Shown here piece by piece: positions 59,295 to 64,000 of a stretch of DNA of 64,000 nt; the stretch's first letter is position 1, and each line of letters starts with the position of its first letter. The notes under the pieces were generated by a model. The model made no database searches. It was not told the DNA's origin and was given only the letters and a program-made list of their open reading frames with translations. Source of the stretch: the human T2T-CHM13v2.0 reference genome, Homo sapiens; assembly GCF_009914755.1 (NCBI RefSeq), contig NC_060941.1. The stretch is one strand, 5' to 3'. Made by a program: the position numbers and the translations under genes.

Positions 59295-59899
59295 GTTGCA
59301 ATTTAAACTTTCAATTTCTATTTATGGACTAGAATCTTGTTGACTAGTTCAAGTAATTTTAATACTCAATTGTAGGCCTCAGTGATTTTCATGTGTTTGT
59401 TGGTTAAGCTCAATTTTTTTCAGCCCCTGTAGGATCAGGGTATCTCGGTGATGGCAACACAATCTACCCAACTGAATAATTTAGAAACTTAGAATCATTC
59501 ATGACACTTCCTTCCCCAGCACATCCAACCATTACCATTGTGCCCTTATAAATCTGCCCTTAAGTCTGTTTACTGAACTCAGGTTCTATGTCTTAGTTCT
59601 GGTGGTTGGAGCTGAATCACAGGTCTAAGTTCAAGGCGAAAGTTCACTAAGACTTCTTAGCACCCTTCTGGCCTTTTCCCTAGCCCCACACTCTCATTTT
59701 GGCCTGAATAGCCTCTCACATGGAAGAGAAAAGCAAGAAGGGAATTAAAGGTAGTCCTTCTTCCTCAATTAAGACCTGCTTGCTTAAGCCTACCAACCTT
59801 GCCTTCTGTCATTGATTTTATCATGTCTTCTTTTTCTTGGTAAATTACTGAACACCTGCCCAATCCAAAATCTTGGGACTATCAATCTGTCATTTTTTT

Positions 59900-61850
<1,951 letters not shown>

Positions 61851-62159
61851 CTTGCAGTTATTATTATTTTCCCATTTTTCTTATACATACAAAAAACAAT
61901 AGGATGCTAAATGTACTAGCCCACACTTTGCAGGTTTTTCCCCATTCTTTCTCATGAATGGGGAAGGTCTACTTATCAATACATATAGACTTTATTGGTA
62001 CACATAGACCATCCTCATTCTTTCTTATGACTGCCTAGTAATGAGTGCAGTAAACACACTGTAGTTTATTCAGCCAGTCTGTGAGTTATGAGAATTTGGG
62101 TTGTCTCTAATATGTTATAAAAATCATTCCGCATGATAGTATGTTTTTAAATTTGATAG

Positions 62160-62500
<341 letters not shown>

Positions 62501-64000
62501 ACTGCTTATTTACATTTTTTTAAAATACAAACATTTTCTCTATCTCTTGGTAGGAGGTGGGGGGAGGTTTGTATGTGTGTGGAAAATGTCTTGGTATTTG
62601 TATTGGAATCATTTTAAATATATATTTACTTGGAAGGAATCAACATATTTATAATTTGGAGTCATCCTAACCAAGAACGCAAAATGTCTTTCTATTTGTC
62701 CAAGTCTACTTTTACATCTTTTGGCAGAGTTGTAAAACTTTCTTCACATAATTTTAGCCAATTTCTGGCAAAGATTACCTCTAGGAATTTTATCTTTGTT
62801 GGTGGCTTCAGCTGAAGATCTCTTTGCTGTCCCTCAGCCTTGCCTATATTCAAATCAAACTTCTGCCCAGCTAAAGTGCCATCTAAAGCCTCCAAAGTCA
62901 ATCTGCCTAAAACTCCACGATAATGGCCTCCCATCTCACTTCTGTCTCCCCTGCTCCCTTCTGGCCTCTGCTCTATATACCTACTGAGACATCCTCAATG
63001 TGCAGATGCCTTTAGCTTTGCCTAGTCCAGTCTTTGTTACCACCATGCCTTTCCATTCCATCCTCCCAATCACATATTCACTGATATGTGTTTATCCTTC
63101 AGCTTTCAGTACATCCTTTGGAAAGCATTCACTGACTTTTCCAAGACTGGATCAAGTGCCTAAGCGCCCCATGTAAGACTATTGTAAGATGCCCACGCTG
63201 TTGGTCACTGACTGATTACTCATCCATGTTCCCGCTGGACTGTCAGCTCCCCAAGGGCAGGGACTGTGTCTTCCTCAGAGTTGAATCTGCAGGATCAGCA
63301 CAGTTCTCAGCCAAACCAGCTCCTCATCCTATGCCATAGAAGGCATGCACACTTTGTACTTAGAGCCACTGCTCTCCCTAGCCTGAGCCTCTAAATGCAG
63401 GTGGATGGACCTCCTGAGAAACCGGGTGCCTGAATTTAGATAAAAAGAGTTCAGAGGCAGGAACAAAAAGTATTGCCTCCAGAGACCTTTCCCATGTGGA
63501 CTTTGAATGCTCATAGCTACATCCCCCCTTTATTTCTCCGATCAACTTGGATCTCTATCCCTTAAAATTCACTTAGCACTTTATGTACTATGGGAAAGAA
63601 AGTGGGCTTTGCAGTGAAGCCTGGTTTTGTGTCTCATAGTGTTCTGCTTACCAGAGTCTTGGACAAAACGGTAGGAAAACAGTCTTCCTCTTTCAATCAA
63701 GCAGGATGGGATGAATCTCCTCTCAATACAGCATGCATGCCTGGCTGAGGTTTACAATGCTATTTCTCTATTCTAGTTCTACTAACATTTCACTGAGATT
63801 TGTGGGCATAAAGATTTATGGAAAAAAATCTAAAAAATAAATCTCCATTTAGCATAGAGATGGCAAGTAAGATACTTTGTTTGCCTTTGCTCCATCAGAG
63901 TTCTGCTAGTGAACACACCACTTGCAAAGCCTGCAGCATCTCCTATTTTGCTTTCTCACAGCAGAGGAATCCACGGTCATGCCAACCTAGTTCTAGCCCT

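Noticed and set aside
57665-59301. Dense overlapping ORFs, CpG-island-like appearance
   Set aside because: MER52-type LTR with ends and TSD; not a gene or island

Overview
Primate, almost certainly human, non-coding DNA: AT-rich, CpG-depleted, with about 22 Alu elements plus many L1, L2, MIR, ERV1/ERVL/MaLR LTR and Tigger/hAT/Mariner fossils. No ORF in the track looks like a conserved protein; nearly all derive from Alu, LTR or L1. One well-bounded 163-nt minus-strand exon (53907-54069) encodes [16 protein letters not shown]...LLGCEL. From memory this matches the putative C12orf79/LINC01619 product (12q21.33, next to BTG1), so the window is probably intronic to that lncRNA; this needs BLAT confirmation. 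The most unusual structure is a local inverted copy of about 530 bp (about 230 bp flank plus a whole AluY and its poly(A)), copied from 29939-30471 into a broken Alu at 32733-33254, with 2-bp microhomology and no target-site duplication (TSD). Also notable: an old ~250-bp direct duplication (512-764 / 2345-2595), micro-scrambled repeat patches, a fossil ERVL integrase/dUTPase with nested insertions, a MADE1 hairpin, AP-1/MARE motif clusters and a 26-bp AT-rich VNTR. Repeat subfamily names are by-eye assignments and boundaries are approximate. I found no evidence of a new multi-gene system.
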